DNA from: Tubulanus polymorphus
Taxonomy: Eukaryota; Animalia; Nemertea
DNA length: 64,000 nt
Direction: 5' to 3'
NCBI RefSeq assembly: GCF_964204645.1
Contig: NC_134032.1
Coordinates: forward strand, 14,930,275 to 14,994,274
Part shown: positions 38,031-51,183 of the stretch, piece by piece
Numbering within the stretch: position 1 is the stretch's first letter
How the letters are laid out: each line of letters starts with the position of its first letter
Program-made: the position numbers and the translations under genes
Notes under the pieces: model-generated
What the model saw: the letters and a program-made list of their open reading frames with translations, nothing else
Told to the model about the DNA's origin: nothing
Databases searched by the model: none

Positions 38031-39679
38031 TGAAAATGAGTGCATTTTCTGTTGTTAGTAGAAAACTGAAAATAAAACTATAAGAAAAAAGGTAAAGAAA
38101 GTATGAGAAAAAGTTCTCAATCACATTTCATATTTACTAAGCCTATATCAACTACGAGTAAAAGCTCTTTATGTGTGCACTGTATACAACATGGGCCTTT
38201 TATATAACCACTATTTATATCTGTGTTGTGGACCACGTAATTGTGTCAAAGAGTATTCGGTGATAAAACCTGGACCTTCAGTTATTCCATTCTCATGAAA
38301 TCACTGGGGTTCGAATATACACAGTGATAGTCGAATATAGAATATTTCATCAAATTGATCTTTTAGTTTGTATCAAAATACAAATAAAACGTTGTTCTAA
38401 AAGAATATATACACATTACATAGTTTTAAAATATATACAAATTAAATAGTTTTTAAAATATATAGAAAAGAAATAGTTTTTAAAATTTAAACAAATAAAA
38501 AGATACTTTTAGATAAAATATATACAAATAAAACCGTTTAAAAAGATACTTTGAGATAAAATATATACAAATAGAATAATATTCACATAAAATTGTTTTT
38601 AGATATCATAGGTATTTTAAAATTCAGTTATAAAATAGTCACTTTAATGGATTAAAATTCAAATAAAATAGTTTTTAGATATCATAGGTATTTCAAAATT
38701 CAGATATAGAATAGTAACTTTAATAGATTAAAATTCAGATAAAAAAGTTAAATTAAAATTGAAATAATTTAAAATCGTTTCTAGAATAGTCTTAAGATAC
38801 GTGTAAAATTGTTTTTAGAATTATTTTAGAATTACTAGTTTAGAAGTATCAATGAAATTGTTTTCAGATATGCATATTTCAAAAATTAATACAAGAATAG
38901 TTTTAGATGGATCACCTTGATCAATCACAATATCGAACCAAACCCCACAAGACCTGTAATCAATCAGTGAAAGAATCAAATAATAGTAATAATAATTCAT
39001 ATGAGATACGATTTTGGGCAATAGTAAAAACGAAACCAGGAAAATAATTGATGATATTTCGCAGAGACATGTATTCCAAAAACCGCAAATAATTTTGAGG
39101 ACGGGAATGAAATCTTTGACAAGAAATAGAATAGGAAAAGTTCAAACTGAAGGACTCAAAATTTAGGAATTTAAAATCTAAAACTGGAACCACAAAAATT
39201 ACAATATTAACTGTCTTAGAAATCTATTAATGATGCTGGTAGGATTTTGTGACCTCTTAACAACAATAATTGCAAAGTGGCTGAGAAACTACAAGTAGCC
39301 TCTTTTCATGTAATAAATTAGTAGGTTACCGGTATGTCACATACTTTGATACAACTTATGCCGTTTTTGGGGACCAAGGAAGCACCTGAGAACCTGATCT
39401 GATTAACTGCAATATGAATGATGGACCTCTTGAAAACAACTTCATCCTCGATTTCTTAAATCTATTGATAATTCACTCTCAACAGCCTTAATCTGACGTG
39501 TGTTTTATGCATTGCTCGCCTACATGGAAACAATTCCACGCTCTATCAACCATATTTCAATTGCTAAACGCAATTCCTGCAATTTAGACCCCAATCGAGG
39601 ACTATGAGTTACTTTATCAGAGCGGTGTCTATTACTGAGTTGCTCGATTGTTATGTACTTAACAACTTTCCTTTTAGAC

Positions 39680-39970
39680 CATCTCCTCTATCATATCTCT
39701 CTAAACTCCTCTCTCTCATATCTCTCTAAACTCCTCTATCACATCTACCTAACTCCTCTCTCATATCTCCATAAACTCCTCTATCATATCTCCATAAACT
39801 CCTCTATCATATCTCCATAAACTATCATACTCCCTGAACCTCCTCTCTCATACCTCCCTGAACCTCCTCTCTCATATTCCCTGAACCTCCTCTCTCATAC
39901 CTCCCTGAACCTCCTCTCTCATACCTCCTTGAACCTCCTCTCTCATACCTCCCTGAACCTCCTCTCTCAT
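39680..39970. repeat. ~22-24-bp C/T-rich minisatellite
   Basis: cctcctctctcatacctccctgaa and variants. Confidence 0.85.
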
Positions 39971-41556
39971 ATGCCTTATTGATTTCAACAAGAGATGCAG
40001 ATTAATCTAACAAGAGTCTTAAAATAAAATCTTCATCCTGGTGGTCGTTAGGATAAGTAGAGATCAATATCAATCAATAAAACCTGATCACTGAAGTGAT
40101 TACGACAATTTCTCTAGTCCAAGATCTTTATCTTATCCTTTTTTTATCAAAGATTTGGATTTATCATTGTATTTTTGCAGATTTTAGCATGTTCAATTAA
40201 GAACTCGTAAATTCATGGATTGATCACTGATCCAGTGAACTTTCACACCCAAGAAATGTAATGAAATTGATTACCGTAGTCTTTGCTGTGGTTTCCTTTC
40301 TTGCGCAATTTTTAATCCGGGCAATCTCACGTATATAAATATATATCCCTTTTCCTTATGAGTAAACATTTTAAATCCCTCCGATCACATGTGAAGGATT
40401 TCCCTCCGTTGTTGAGCATTAGATATTAACATTTCAATCATTCAAGTTTTCATGTCATATTAAATTTATCTTTAATTCTGTAATTAGAAAAACAAATATG
40501 TTAATAACGATATAATGGTTTTACACTTGACGTATAAACGTCATAGTATTTGGGGGAGGGGGCAACATGGAACATTGAACAATCTGTTTCAATGTAGTTT
40601 CCTAAGGAATCGCATTATGTGAAACATAGCTGTTCCTTCTCCACGTTATTTTTAGCTTCATAAGGAAACGCATTATGTGTGAAACATAGCTATTCCTTCT
40701 CCATGTTCCGATAAAGTTCGATAAAGAATCACGTAACAGTTCCTTTTGATTTGAAAAATCCACTTTTTTTCAAACTCCATAGGAGTTATTGTAGGAATTG
40801 ATTCCCTGCATATCTCGAAAGAGATTTACAATGGCTGACCATAGAATTAGAATAGATGACTCCTAAGAAGGCTACTGCCACAATCAGGTGGTATGGATGG
40901 TTACTCCTGCAAAGTAGTGGCAAGGATGGTTTATATCCCGAAAGATATTTGAAAAGGTCGACCATGGTATTAGAATTGATGACTCATAAGAAGGCTACTG
41001 CCACAAATTAGGTGGTATAGATGGCTACTGCTGCAAAGTAGCGCCAAGAATGGTTAATGCTTCAGCATTGTGAGAAGCACAATGAACCTTAGTTAATAAG
41101 GTAAGAGTTAATGCAAAAATGGGGGTTAAAATGGAGTGGAACACAGTGGGTCGTACAGTCAAAAAAAAATAAATAAATGATTTAAAAAGTAAATGAATGG
41201 GATGATGGACAAATATTTCTTTTTGTCCAAAAAGTAAATAAAGGGATGAAATGATAATGAATTTTTTTAATCATTTTTCAATTTTTTAAATTTTTTTGGA
41301 GAAACCGTAAAACCTCCATAAAAGCAATGATTATATGCAATGATGTCTGGTTTTTTATTTTCATATTTTTTTTATAAAAGCAAGGAGGACTGCACGCCCA
41401 CTGGTTCAAGGAGTGTTGACAGATATTTAACACTGCGCAACCTGCAGATCGACGAAGGTGGAAGGGAAAACTGAGTTTCAAGAAGTGCCGATCTGCAGAC
41501 GTGCATGGGCTGATGTTGTTGCCCGGGTGATGGCGAGTGAAGGGGCTGATGTTATT

Positions 41557-42443
41557 TTAATTTGTTCGCCTACGTTTAACTAATTCGTATTTTCCTTTAA
41601 AGGCCCCTTCAACATCGCGGAGCATTTTGATTGGATCGTGGTAGTTGATGTTTCTTGACCACCCAGGGCCGCGCGCCACCAGCTCGACAGCGGGGGAAGG
41701 TGGTGCCCCCACTGGAGCGCCTGATGTTGAAGCATTTTCGTTATCATTATATTTTCTCTTCTTATTTCTATTTTTTCCAGTCGATGTCGATGTTGATGGA
41801 GGTGGTCCGGTTGATGGTGGTGGTCCGGCAGATGCTGGTGTTGACGTAGATGCTGGTGTTGACGTAGATGCTGGTGTTGACGTAGATGCTGGTGTTGACG
41901 TAGATGCTGGTGTTGACGTAGATGCTGGTGTTGACTTAGATGTTGGTGGTCTGGTACGTGGTGGTGGTCTGGTACGTGGTGGTGGTGGTGGTGGCGGGGG
42001 AGTTGCGGGCCCTGGTGGTGTCGCTCCAGGAGTGGCGAATTCCTCCTCATCACTGCTCTCCTCCTCAAAATTTGGTTGCGGAGGTGGAGGAGGACGAGCT
42101 GCACGTTTGCCTTTTTTTTTTGTTTTCGGACGCCCCGAACCTATTGCGTAATCTATATCTTTAGTCTTTTGACGGGGCGACCGACGCAGTGAAGGCGTCT
42201 GAAGCTGTGGCGCCTCTGTCGGGGTCACCACTGCAGGGGCGACCTCCTGCTCCACATTTACGGGAGAAGCAGGGTCCACCTCCTGCAAAGGAACCAACTC
42301 AAAAGGTGGAACAATTTCAGGAAGAGTTGGTTCCTTAGGCCCGCAGAGAGATACACACCTTGTATAAGTATCTTTTAATGCTGGAAATGCTCTGCGGGCT
42401 GCTTCAGACTGGTCATGTTGGATGTTTTCAATGATGTCTATAT
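41557..42443 (-). CDS. Orphan Pro/Thr-rich putative nuclear protein, terminal coding exon
   Basis: Poly-T tract and tttcag| acceptor (phase 1); 887 nt open to TAA. Contains (TPASTS)x5-6, basic clusters RPKTKKKGKR and KNRNKKRK, and is GC-rich against AT-rich flanks. Minus-strand AATAAA at 41359-41354. Confidence 0.65.
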
Positions 42444-44519
42444 CTGAAATGAAAAAAAAAAACATTAAGGATCATGCATATTACACATAAATGACATAAT
42501 GACATGTTCGAATATAATTATCATATTTGTATATAGTAACCTATAAAATAATGCAGTTATCCAATAGGTGAATGTGACGTGATGGGGTGAGAAGGGTCAT
42601 TTGAACGTTTGGAAGGGATCGTAAGCTTATTTTGTGAGAAGTGATCATGTCACTGGTTGTAGACTAACGCTGTTGTAACTACACTTTTAACTGCTCTCAT
42701 GATTTGCATCATCCATTACATAATAACGATGAGTTGACAGTATATCATCAGTGAGGCTGATAATTGAATCTTCCAATACACATTTTATAATGGTATTTTC
42801 ATGTCTTATATACTTGATATATTTCAGAACCAACCCTGTACGTGGACGGGTACACTTTTGTTAATTCATTAATGGAAATACTGATTGTAATAAATTACAT
42901 CTTACCATTACCTTGACAATCAATTTTGGTAGATAATCATGAATCAAAAATACACTTGATTTTTTTTCTGGGGTGATGACGTACCAGGTTCCAGGTGACA
43001 AAAACTATACATTATAATGAATGGAATTGTTACCCATGACCCTGGTTTCAAAATCTGGGAACCTCTTTGGAATAACACGCATGATAACTTTTCATTTATC
43101 AACCAATTGAAATGGAAACTTTGCAACGATAAAAGATCTGATTTAAAACAACAGATGTCGCGCTGTATCAACAAAAAATTAATCGATCATTCCTTTTATT
43201 CAGTAATTACTTTTCGAATGGACGAGTGAAAAATGTGTCCAAACTTCAGAAATGTATTCAATTATTTTGTAGAACACTTTTTTATTGCATACAGGGCCAC
43301 ACTCCATCCACGGTAAGTGGGAGAACTTGCATTTCATTTCCTCTGAACATGAGGCAAGTGTGTACATTTTATATTTTCTTCTGAATTTTCTCAAAAATGA
43401 AGATAAAAATATGACTGATTTTTTAATATTTTATTGTTTAAACTATTTACAGCATTAATTAAAACAGAAAAACGACACAAATAATTTCACTTCGCTGAAT
43501 CTACAACCAGTAAAAACCATTTCACACAACACTGCCCACTACTGCACCTTCAGAAACAACACTCACTACAAATAAAAAACATTCATTTTGAAGAACAATA
43601 TTTAACTATAACCATAAATGGCTGTAATTCATTTTTCCCAATAGAATATTCATTGTCAGCAATAGGCCTATCGGTAGTCCACATATTCATTACATAACTC
43701 ACCTAGAATGTATAATTCATCGTACAGCAGCCATTCATTTATTCAGATCAACAAAATTCCATGCACAACCATTTCAGCTGATATTCATCATACAGTAGCC
43801 TCCGCCTAAACTGCTACAGTTTGGCACCTTCTATTTTTTACCTTATTAGGCACCGGTTTTTAAGAATTGCAAAAATCAATTGATGAAAAGATTTATTGAG
43901 CCTAATAGCGGTCAAAATTATCAAGTTCTTTGTATTTTATACAATCTGATTAGATTTTAGATTTTTAATTATTAGCTCATTTTCTAATTATAATTACCCA
44001 TATAATTCATATTTCTGACCGTAGACATAGAATATTCCATTGTCAGCTGTTAGCTGAGGCTATATACCCGATTTGTTCATTTTGATACAAGAAATTTAGG
44101 GGGTTATCAAATAAATAGGTCACCAATTATAATTTATGCAAATTAGCTCATTTCCATAGGACGTCACTTTCAGTAAGAAAAATTACCACCAAAATTTTCC
44201 AAGGGTCATACCCTACAAACTTCATGTCTCTTTATCACGCAACATTTTCCTCCGATTCAGTTCACTTGTGATGTCCTTGCATAATGGAAATTATGACCAG
44301 TCATGCGTGTGCATTAATAGAACATAAGGCCTAATCGCGAACAGTTAAAATACATAAAGATGTTCTTATGTTTTTATGTATTTTTGCTAACAGAGATAGA
44401 AGGTTGATAGTACATACATGTATTCTATAATATAGGCGAACAGCCGTTACAGTTTACCGGTTCAGGCAGAGAATAAACGGAAATGAAGTGAACATTTACG
44501 GGATATGGGAAGTGTTCTG

Positions 44520-44765
44520 GGAAATCAGGTCGTCATGGATTCGAACCTGTACACTACCATTGTGTCCCCGGCAAGACACTTATCCTTATTTCCTCTCTCA
44601 ACCCAGAAGTAAATGGGTACCTGGCCCGATAGAGGACCCCTGAGCACCTAGCGGCTGCTCGGATGTTACTATTAAATGGCTGGGGCAATAAAACCGAAAA
44701 TGTAAAGCGCTCTGAGCAGCATCTGGATTTAGGGCTTTATTAGACACATAATATTATTATTTTTA
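44520..44765 (+). mobile_element. tRNA-derived CORE-SINE-like element
   Basis: B-box ggattcgaacc; CORE-like tgtgtccccggcaagacacttatcc...gtaaatgggtacc; L2/MIR-like tail tgtaaagcgctctgag; (att)n end. Confidence 0.7.
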
Positions 44766-45146
44766 TTATCATCGAACAGAGCAATACCATAAAAGGCAAA
44801 ACATAAAAACAACATTTCATCTTTATTTCATTGAATTGAACAGATTATACCAGATATAGATCGTCTACCAGTTTAAGCAAAGTCTACAGTATGAGTACAG
44901 GCAAAAAATCCAATAAAATGCGATACATTTGAAAATATTTTTTTGTTAAATGAATTTTCACTGAATTTTAGTTCGAAAAATTGTGATATTTCCTTCGAGT
45001 ACTGTACATTTCCCTATGGTTTTTGCTAAGTAAGTCTAGTTCATTTTCATTTTATCACAAACAGAAAATGGACACAAAAAATGTCATTCAAATTTCTTCT
45101 GTATTTTCTGTATTTTCATCATCAATCAAAAAAACTTGAACTTTTA

Positions 45147-45390
45147 CTTTCAGAAACAACCGCCGGGGTAAGATCCATTTCACTCGACACTACCCGCACC
45201 TGTACCTTCAGAAACAACCACCAGGGGTAAAAACCATTTCACTCGACACTACCCGCACCTGTACCTTCAGAAACAACCACCAGGGGTAAAAACCATTTCA
45301 CGTGACACTGTCCACTACTGTACCTTCAGAAACAACCATCAGGGGTAAAAACCATTTCACACGACACTGTTCACTACTGCAACTTCATAC
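45147..45390. repeat. 59-bp tandem repeat x4 (a related single copy lies at ~43505-43570)
   Basis: cttcagaaacaaccaccaggggtaaaaaccatttcactcgacactacccgcacctgtac. Confidence 0.85.
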
Positions 45391-45764
45391 AATTAAATCC
45401 ATTCACTACAAATTACAGTAAGATTTTTATCTATAAAAATCAAACATCATTAACAGCGAACAATAAACGATATTTAGAATTTAGGCCTATTTCACATGAA
45501 TTCATTAAGTATTTCAAATAATCACTACTTACCCTTCAAGTATAGAATCATTCAGTGGAATAATTCACTATAAATACAGCTGCAGCCGTTTACAGAAAAA
45601 ACAATATGAAATGTCCCTGTCGAACTTGTAAGGTGTAAAACAGGATAGACGTAGATAAATGTCAGGCCTGGATAACGGTAGAGGAAATACTTTTTATGGC
45701 TTTAAGAAAATAAAAGAATTCTGAAAAGTAAAACATTAAGTCAAAGGGTAGGCCTTTCTGAAGA

Positions 45765-46092
45765 CATCCTCGCTTGCCGGGGGTCCGGTATCACTCCCGA
45801 ACTCGCTTCCACCAGCGCCCCCTGGCCTCACGACGCGTGATTTCATTACTGGCGCTGTTGCGCATGACGTCATATATCGATTTGCAAAATACTTCCTTGT
45901 TCGGAAAAACGTTCGCTGATTGGTCCATTTAAATGGAAAACCAACAGAAGTCTACTGTCGTTTGTTACAAGCGCTGTGATTGGTACGACCGGATTCTGGT
46001 CGGCTAGTAACGACTCCAACGACTCGTGAGGTCAAGGGGTTCGGGGAACAGCTTTAGCTTAGTAGGTTCAAATCCCTTGACGGGTGAAGATG
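45765..46092. mobile_element. CATC-ended MITE, family A copy 2
   Basis: Near-identical to 14789-15115. TCTGAAGA at 45757-45764 and 46094-46101. Confidence 0.85.
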
Positions 46093-46160
46093 ATCTGAAG
46101 AATTGCTAGGAAATTTAATAAAATCTGGTCTCAGAACAAAATGAATCACACAGTTCCGTT

Positions 46161-46632
46161 ACTGAGTAAACTGTGGTCCGGATGCTGAGTAAACTGTGGT
46201 CCGGATACTGAGTAAACTGTGGTCCGGATGCTGAGTAAACTGTGGTCCGGATACTGAGTAAACTGTGGTCCCGACACAGAGTAAACTGTGGTCCGGATGC
46301 TGAGTAAACTGTGGTCCGGATACTGAGTAAACTGTGGTCCGGATACTGAGTAAACTGTGGTCCCGATACTGAGTAAACTGTGGTCCCGACACTGAGTAAA
46401 CTGTGGTCCGGATGCTGAGTAAACTGTGGTCGGGATACTGAGTAAACTGTGGTCCGGATACTGAGTAAACTGTGGTCGGGATACTGAGTTAACTGTGGTC
46501 CGGATACTGAGTAAACTGTGGTCGGGATACTGAGTAAACTGTGGTCCGGATACTGAGTAAACTGTGGTCGGGATACTGAGTAAACTGTGGTCCGGATACT
46601 GAGTAAACTGTGGTCCGGATACTGAGTAAACT
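46161..46632. repeat. 23-bp minisatellite (actgagtaaactgtggtccggat), about 20 copies
   Basis: Exact 23-bp period. Confidence 0.95.
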
Positions 46633-47169
46633 CACTGTATAAGACTCAGTACCTAACGAGGCACCAACCATTGACCGTAATAATGAATCCGTTAGAAATA
46701 AATCGTGTGCAAACTGTATTTGCCGCAAGGCCGCAATATCTAGGATTCGCCAACAATTAGACGATGACGATTCGGACTATGAGCCGAACTAGTGTACGAC
46801 ATTCCTATCAAACATCATATCCTTAGTTTAGATCTAGTATAAACAGTGAGTGGGCTTGAGACTAGTTCGCAGATAAGCTCATGATAACAGTTGCGAGATA
46901 TACCTCCTTCCTGCCATAATCTCCGGATCTCAAACTGTTTTGAGCAACTACCTTGAGATACGAGGAACAAAGTTTAACCAATTGATCAAAAATAGTGATC
47001 CTGAATTTCCTGACGATTGATGAATGATTAATAAAAAAAACCACATGTTTTCGGATCCTGGAGTCGCAGAGAAAAACGAAAGTAACGTAAAGTACAAGTG
47101 CTACTTTTCAGCGGTATCTAAAATGTTGGTCCCATAATGTGACGGGTATCTGGATATGGACTTAACAGC

Positions 47170-47390
47170 CGTGCGGTTCCTGACTAAACTATCAACTAAA
47201 CCCGGTCCAGTTATTGACTAAAATATGGACTAAACCGTAGTCCACTAAAATATGGACTACACCGCAGTCCAGTTAGTGACTAAAATATGGACTAAACCGT
47301 AGTCCAGTTATTGACTAAACTATGGACTAAACCCAAGTCCAGTTACTGATAAAAATAAGGACTAAACTGCAGTCTGCTTCCTGACTAAAT
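47170..47390. repeat. ~35-bp degenerate repeat with GGACT..AGTCC hairpin
   Basis: ggactaaaccgtagtccagttattgactaaaatat, about 5 copies. Confidence 0.75.
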
Positions 47391-48107
47391 GAACTGAACC
47401 TGTTACTTGATTTATTAAACATAAATCAGGATTTTCTATGAAATGCATTGGTCTGTAGGCCTACACAGTTTAAATTATCTTTGTTGTAACTTATCTCTAT
47501 TGACTGGAATATGAATAACATGATGAATATTTCACAATTTGGACAATATTTGGAACCGAAACCAGGAAATGAAGTTACTTCCTCAAGTTATTTCTCATCC
47601 ACCAGAGCCTGTACTCGCTTTTCAATTCAATTCAATTCAAACTTAATTCACCATAGATTCGATAGCAAATTCAATTGAGTTTAAGAGTGGTGACAAAATT
47701 GCATCATATGTCAAAATGAAAAAATTATACTCGAACAATATTGAGAAATTTGAAATAAAATAAGAGACTAGAAACATAAAATGATATGTTCAAAATAAAT
47801 TTCCTAATTTTATCGGTGTGTGACATAAATTGAGTTTTCCAAAATTGAAAAGAGAATTGAAAGAAATTGACATTAGATGATAATAGATTTTTTAATTGAT
47901 GATATTCGAAATAATTGAGATTTAGACAATTTGAGATTTAGAATATCCAATAATGCGGAGATTTGAGATGAAATAATTGTGAATTTTAGATCAAATAATT
48001 TCAAATGTTGGTAATCAAATAATTTGAGATGTTCATAAAAAAAAATCGAGAATTTGAGATACTCAAGATGAACTAATTGAGATCGATGAAGTAGAGTTTG
48101 TACTTAC

Positions 48108-48207
48108 TCAAATCACAAAACGCGCCGAGGGTTTCAGGGTCTAGAGTCAGCACCTCGGCGCGAACCAGCTTCAACAGTCCCGAAAAAAGGTCAGATTTTG
48201 TAGACAT
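48108..48207 (-). CDS. Orphan gene first coding exon (MSTKSDLFSGLLKLVRAEVLTLDPETLGAFCDL), within exon 48331-48108
   Basis: ttgcag| acceptor, aatATG with an in-frame upstream TGA, and an A|gtaagt phase-1 donor that joins in frame to the 42443 exon (328 aa total). Confidence 0.6.
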
Positions 48208-48930
48208 ATTCAAAGTTGAAGTTCAAGTTTTAATTGTTGAAGTTGTAATTGTTGTAGTTGTCGTTGTACTGCTGCTGTTGCTTTTATAACTGTTGCTTTT
48301 TTAACTGCTGCTGTTGATGCTGCTGCTGCTACTGCAATGTAAAAACAATCTTATTAAAATCAAGAAAATCGAAAATTATTGACTCTAAGAAATAGCTAAA
48401 TCGAGTTTCTATTAAGTAATAATAATAATTAACGTTAAATTATTGGGTATCATAATTTTCTAAATATTAAATATAGAAGCCACCAGAATTAAGTTGAACG
48501 ACGCTTCGAATGAAAGGTTTCTATGGATTCGAGTCATGGTTGAATAGACTGAGCTGTCTGTGTATTACACCTAGGCATGTCAACTAGCCGCTCTTTAGCG
48601 CTAGATTTGAACACCAGAAAAACTGCTTCCGAAAATTTCATAAATAAATTTCATCAATTTCCATTTCCTCAATAAAATCACAATAACGTCTTCATTATTT
48701 ACTTCTAAATATTTAAAACGCCATTTGGACAATTTTGAGCAAAAAGAACGTCACAATGGAAATGTCATAATTAAACACCTATATAATATAATCCGAACTT
48801 CCGGAACTTTGGAAATTGTCTTACGTAAAACCGTATGCGAAACCTAAGGGGTATGTATGCAATTTACAAGTAAGATTAATAAATAAATTCCATCGAAAGA
48901 AATAAAATAAGATGGATGACGTTTGCTTAC

Positions 48931-49012
48931 CTGAAAAATGGCCGAACTGGAAGGAGGGATCAGCTGACCTGGGTTTTTATACTGACAGTGTGACGTCATT
49001 ATCCTGACCAAT
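48931..49012 (-). promoter_or_regulatory. Pol II core promoter plus ~18-nt first exon of the orphan gene
   Basis: CCAAT at 49008-49012, TGACGTCA at 48991-48998, TATAAAA starting at 48981, Inr-like ccAGTT at ~48948, then a cag|gtaagc donor at 48931/48930. Confidence 0.65.
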
Positions 49013-49276
49013 GAAAAGTGCTGATATTCGCGCCCAGTGTAGAAAGTCAAAATTTTCTAATGGGATTCGAACCCGATTAACGCTACCCAAATTATTTCGA
49101 TCAAATCGACGAATTAAATAAAATTTATAATCATTATGATGTGTCCTCAGTAAACCCGACTAGAGCTGTTGTTTGCTCATCCGTTTGAAAAACTGTTGGC
49201 GATTTATTCTGAAAATCGTAGACCCATACAAAGTTGCATAGCCAAAACTAAACTTAAAATCCTCTGTGACTACCAC

Positions 49277-49349
49277 GGGTCTATGGTCCAGTGGTTAGTG
49301 TGCACGTCTGAAGAACTGACGGTCGCGGTCTCGAACCCGGCTGGAACCA
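49277..49349 (+). pseudogene. tRNA-like sequence (Phe GAA loop): SINE head or tRNA pseudogene
   Basis: 73 nt with A-box tggtccagtgg, loop CTGAAGA and degenerate B-box tctcgaaccc; the stems are mismatched. Confidence 0.55.
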
Positions 49350-50791
49350 ATCATTCTGGTTTGGCCAAGTATTTTATTCTTTTTTATGTTTCAGATTGTA
49401 ATGCGGGGGTGGCTTCAGGATGGCCAGAAAATACGGATTAGACATTCTACAGGACTGTATCCATGGTGCATTCCAAAAGTGCAGAGTGACGCCCTTTCTT
49501 TCTTTCTAATCTTTCTTCGTATCTTCGGCTTAATAGGCAGCCAACCAATAAGTATTCGTATTTATTGTAAGGTATATGCCGAGTTGGTACTCTTAAGGTT
49601 AAAACTTTTAAAAACTTTAAAAAGTTTGATCAAAACTAAATGACAACACTATTCAAAAGCGTGACTTTTAACCAGCAGTTTTTTCACTCTTTCTCGATGA
49701 AGCCTAGGTTATTGATCCACATAATTTCCTTGATTTTTCGGCTGCATATACCTGCTATCACTGCTGCAGTTTTCTCTAGTTAGTGTCCTCTTCGTATTAG
49801 TTAAATACTGGTGCTAACTTATTGAGTAATATATGTTCTACGTTTTACTAGGCTCGGTGATGATAATGATTTAGAATGTCTATTTTTCGTCTGTGGGATC
49901 AATCTTTTTAGATATCTCGCATAATCTATTGAAATTGCCCTCGCCGAATTCGGTCTTAATACGTCACCTGCTCACGACCTGCGAGCCTTCAGGTTACCCC
50001 CTTCGATACCAACGATACCGAGGATACCTGTTTCGCGGCCTGTGAGCCGGTTACGCGCGCGGGTCAGACTCCCTCGTCCGTCATATATATTATGAAATGA
50101 CTTATGTACTGGATGATTATCCCACTATTCAAAGAAATTTTCGTGAAAAAGCTTAAGTGCAGAAAAACGTAGAGAGGACAAGACGTCAGTGTTGGACTTG
50201 GATACTAGATTTGAGGCTGGGGTACTTTCTGACTAGGTCACGGCGGGTACTCTACGTCGTGAAAAATCATGGTTACTTAGGGGCACTTAAGTGAAAAACT
50301 CATGGATTGAGGGGCGTCTCCGAGGGGCACGAACAAAGCTCGACGACGGTCTTCCGGAAACCTGGAACCTCCCTGGATCAGCCCGGGGACGGAGTTAATT
50401 TTCCACCCATCTGCTCTATTTCAGAACAATAGCGGGAATTCCTGAACCGCACGTGACAGGAAACGAACAAATCAAACATGTTCTAAATTCTACATAAATC
50501 TATTGAATAATTTATTGTCTTTTTTCAATCATGAACTTATAAACAGTCAGTCTAATGTCTATCACTAATACAAGGTGGGATCGCGATTATGTAGACCTTA
50601 TTCACATACACGTCAGCTACTGTTCGCACGCGTCAGATTGGACGTCAAACGGCCGTCAAATATGTGTTTTTAATTCGGTTAGCCGCTTGCATTCGACGGC
50701 CATTATGACGCGTTATACGACGTCACGTGAACAAGGTCAAGGTTGGAAATCATTCCGAGGTTGTACATTCGTTGATGAACATCGATATTGG

Positions 50792-50829
50792 TTAACGTTT
50801 TTTCGTAGACACTGCGTGTGGTTGTCGTC
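50792..50829 (-). CDS. AIG1: AIG1/ADTRP-like, exon 6 (GRQPHAVSTKKR*)
   Basis: ctctttttccctctacag| acceptor in matching phase 1; dilysine-type C-terminus; minus-strand AATAAA at 50516-50511. Confidence 0.75.
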
Positions 50830-51183
50830 CTGTAGAGGGAAAAAGAGTCAACATCTCATTAAACATACATATCAGTTATAACACTTAGTTTTCACCAAAA
50901 TTGAGAATCATAAATTATTAGAAATAGGGCCTGTTCGCACAGTCGTGACTTTAGTCCAAAAGTGGTCTTAATTAATCTTAGAAAGGTTGTTTCATCGGCT
51001 AGAACTGAACTTAGTCTTGGACAGGTCTCGATCCTAAGCCGTGACTTTACTACGTGTATACTGGTCCGAAGATTTTAGAAATTATTTTTATTTTAAGAGT
51101 ACACTATTTTGATATTTTTGGTAGTAATCGAGCTCTTGGAAACTACTCTGAAATAGTTAGTCGTAAATGACGCGGGTCTGTTG

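Noticed and set aside
42900-43394. Possible extra minus-strand exons (FLSPGTWYVITPEKK..., MYTLASCSEEMKCK...)
   Set aside because: Splice phases could not be reconciled (would need a 29-nt intron, and one join hits a stop); no recognisable family.
51090-51148. Alternative AIG1 terminal exon
   Set aside because: The best acceptor gives an immediate stop; the 50829 exon has a stronger pyrimidine tract, a KK-type end and a polyA signal.
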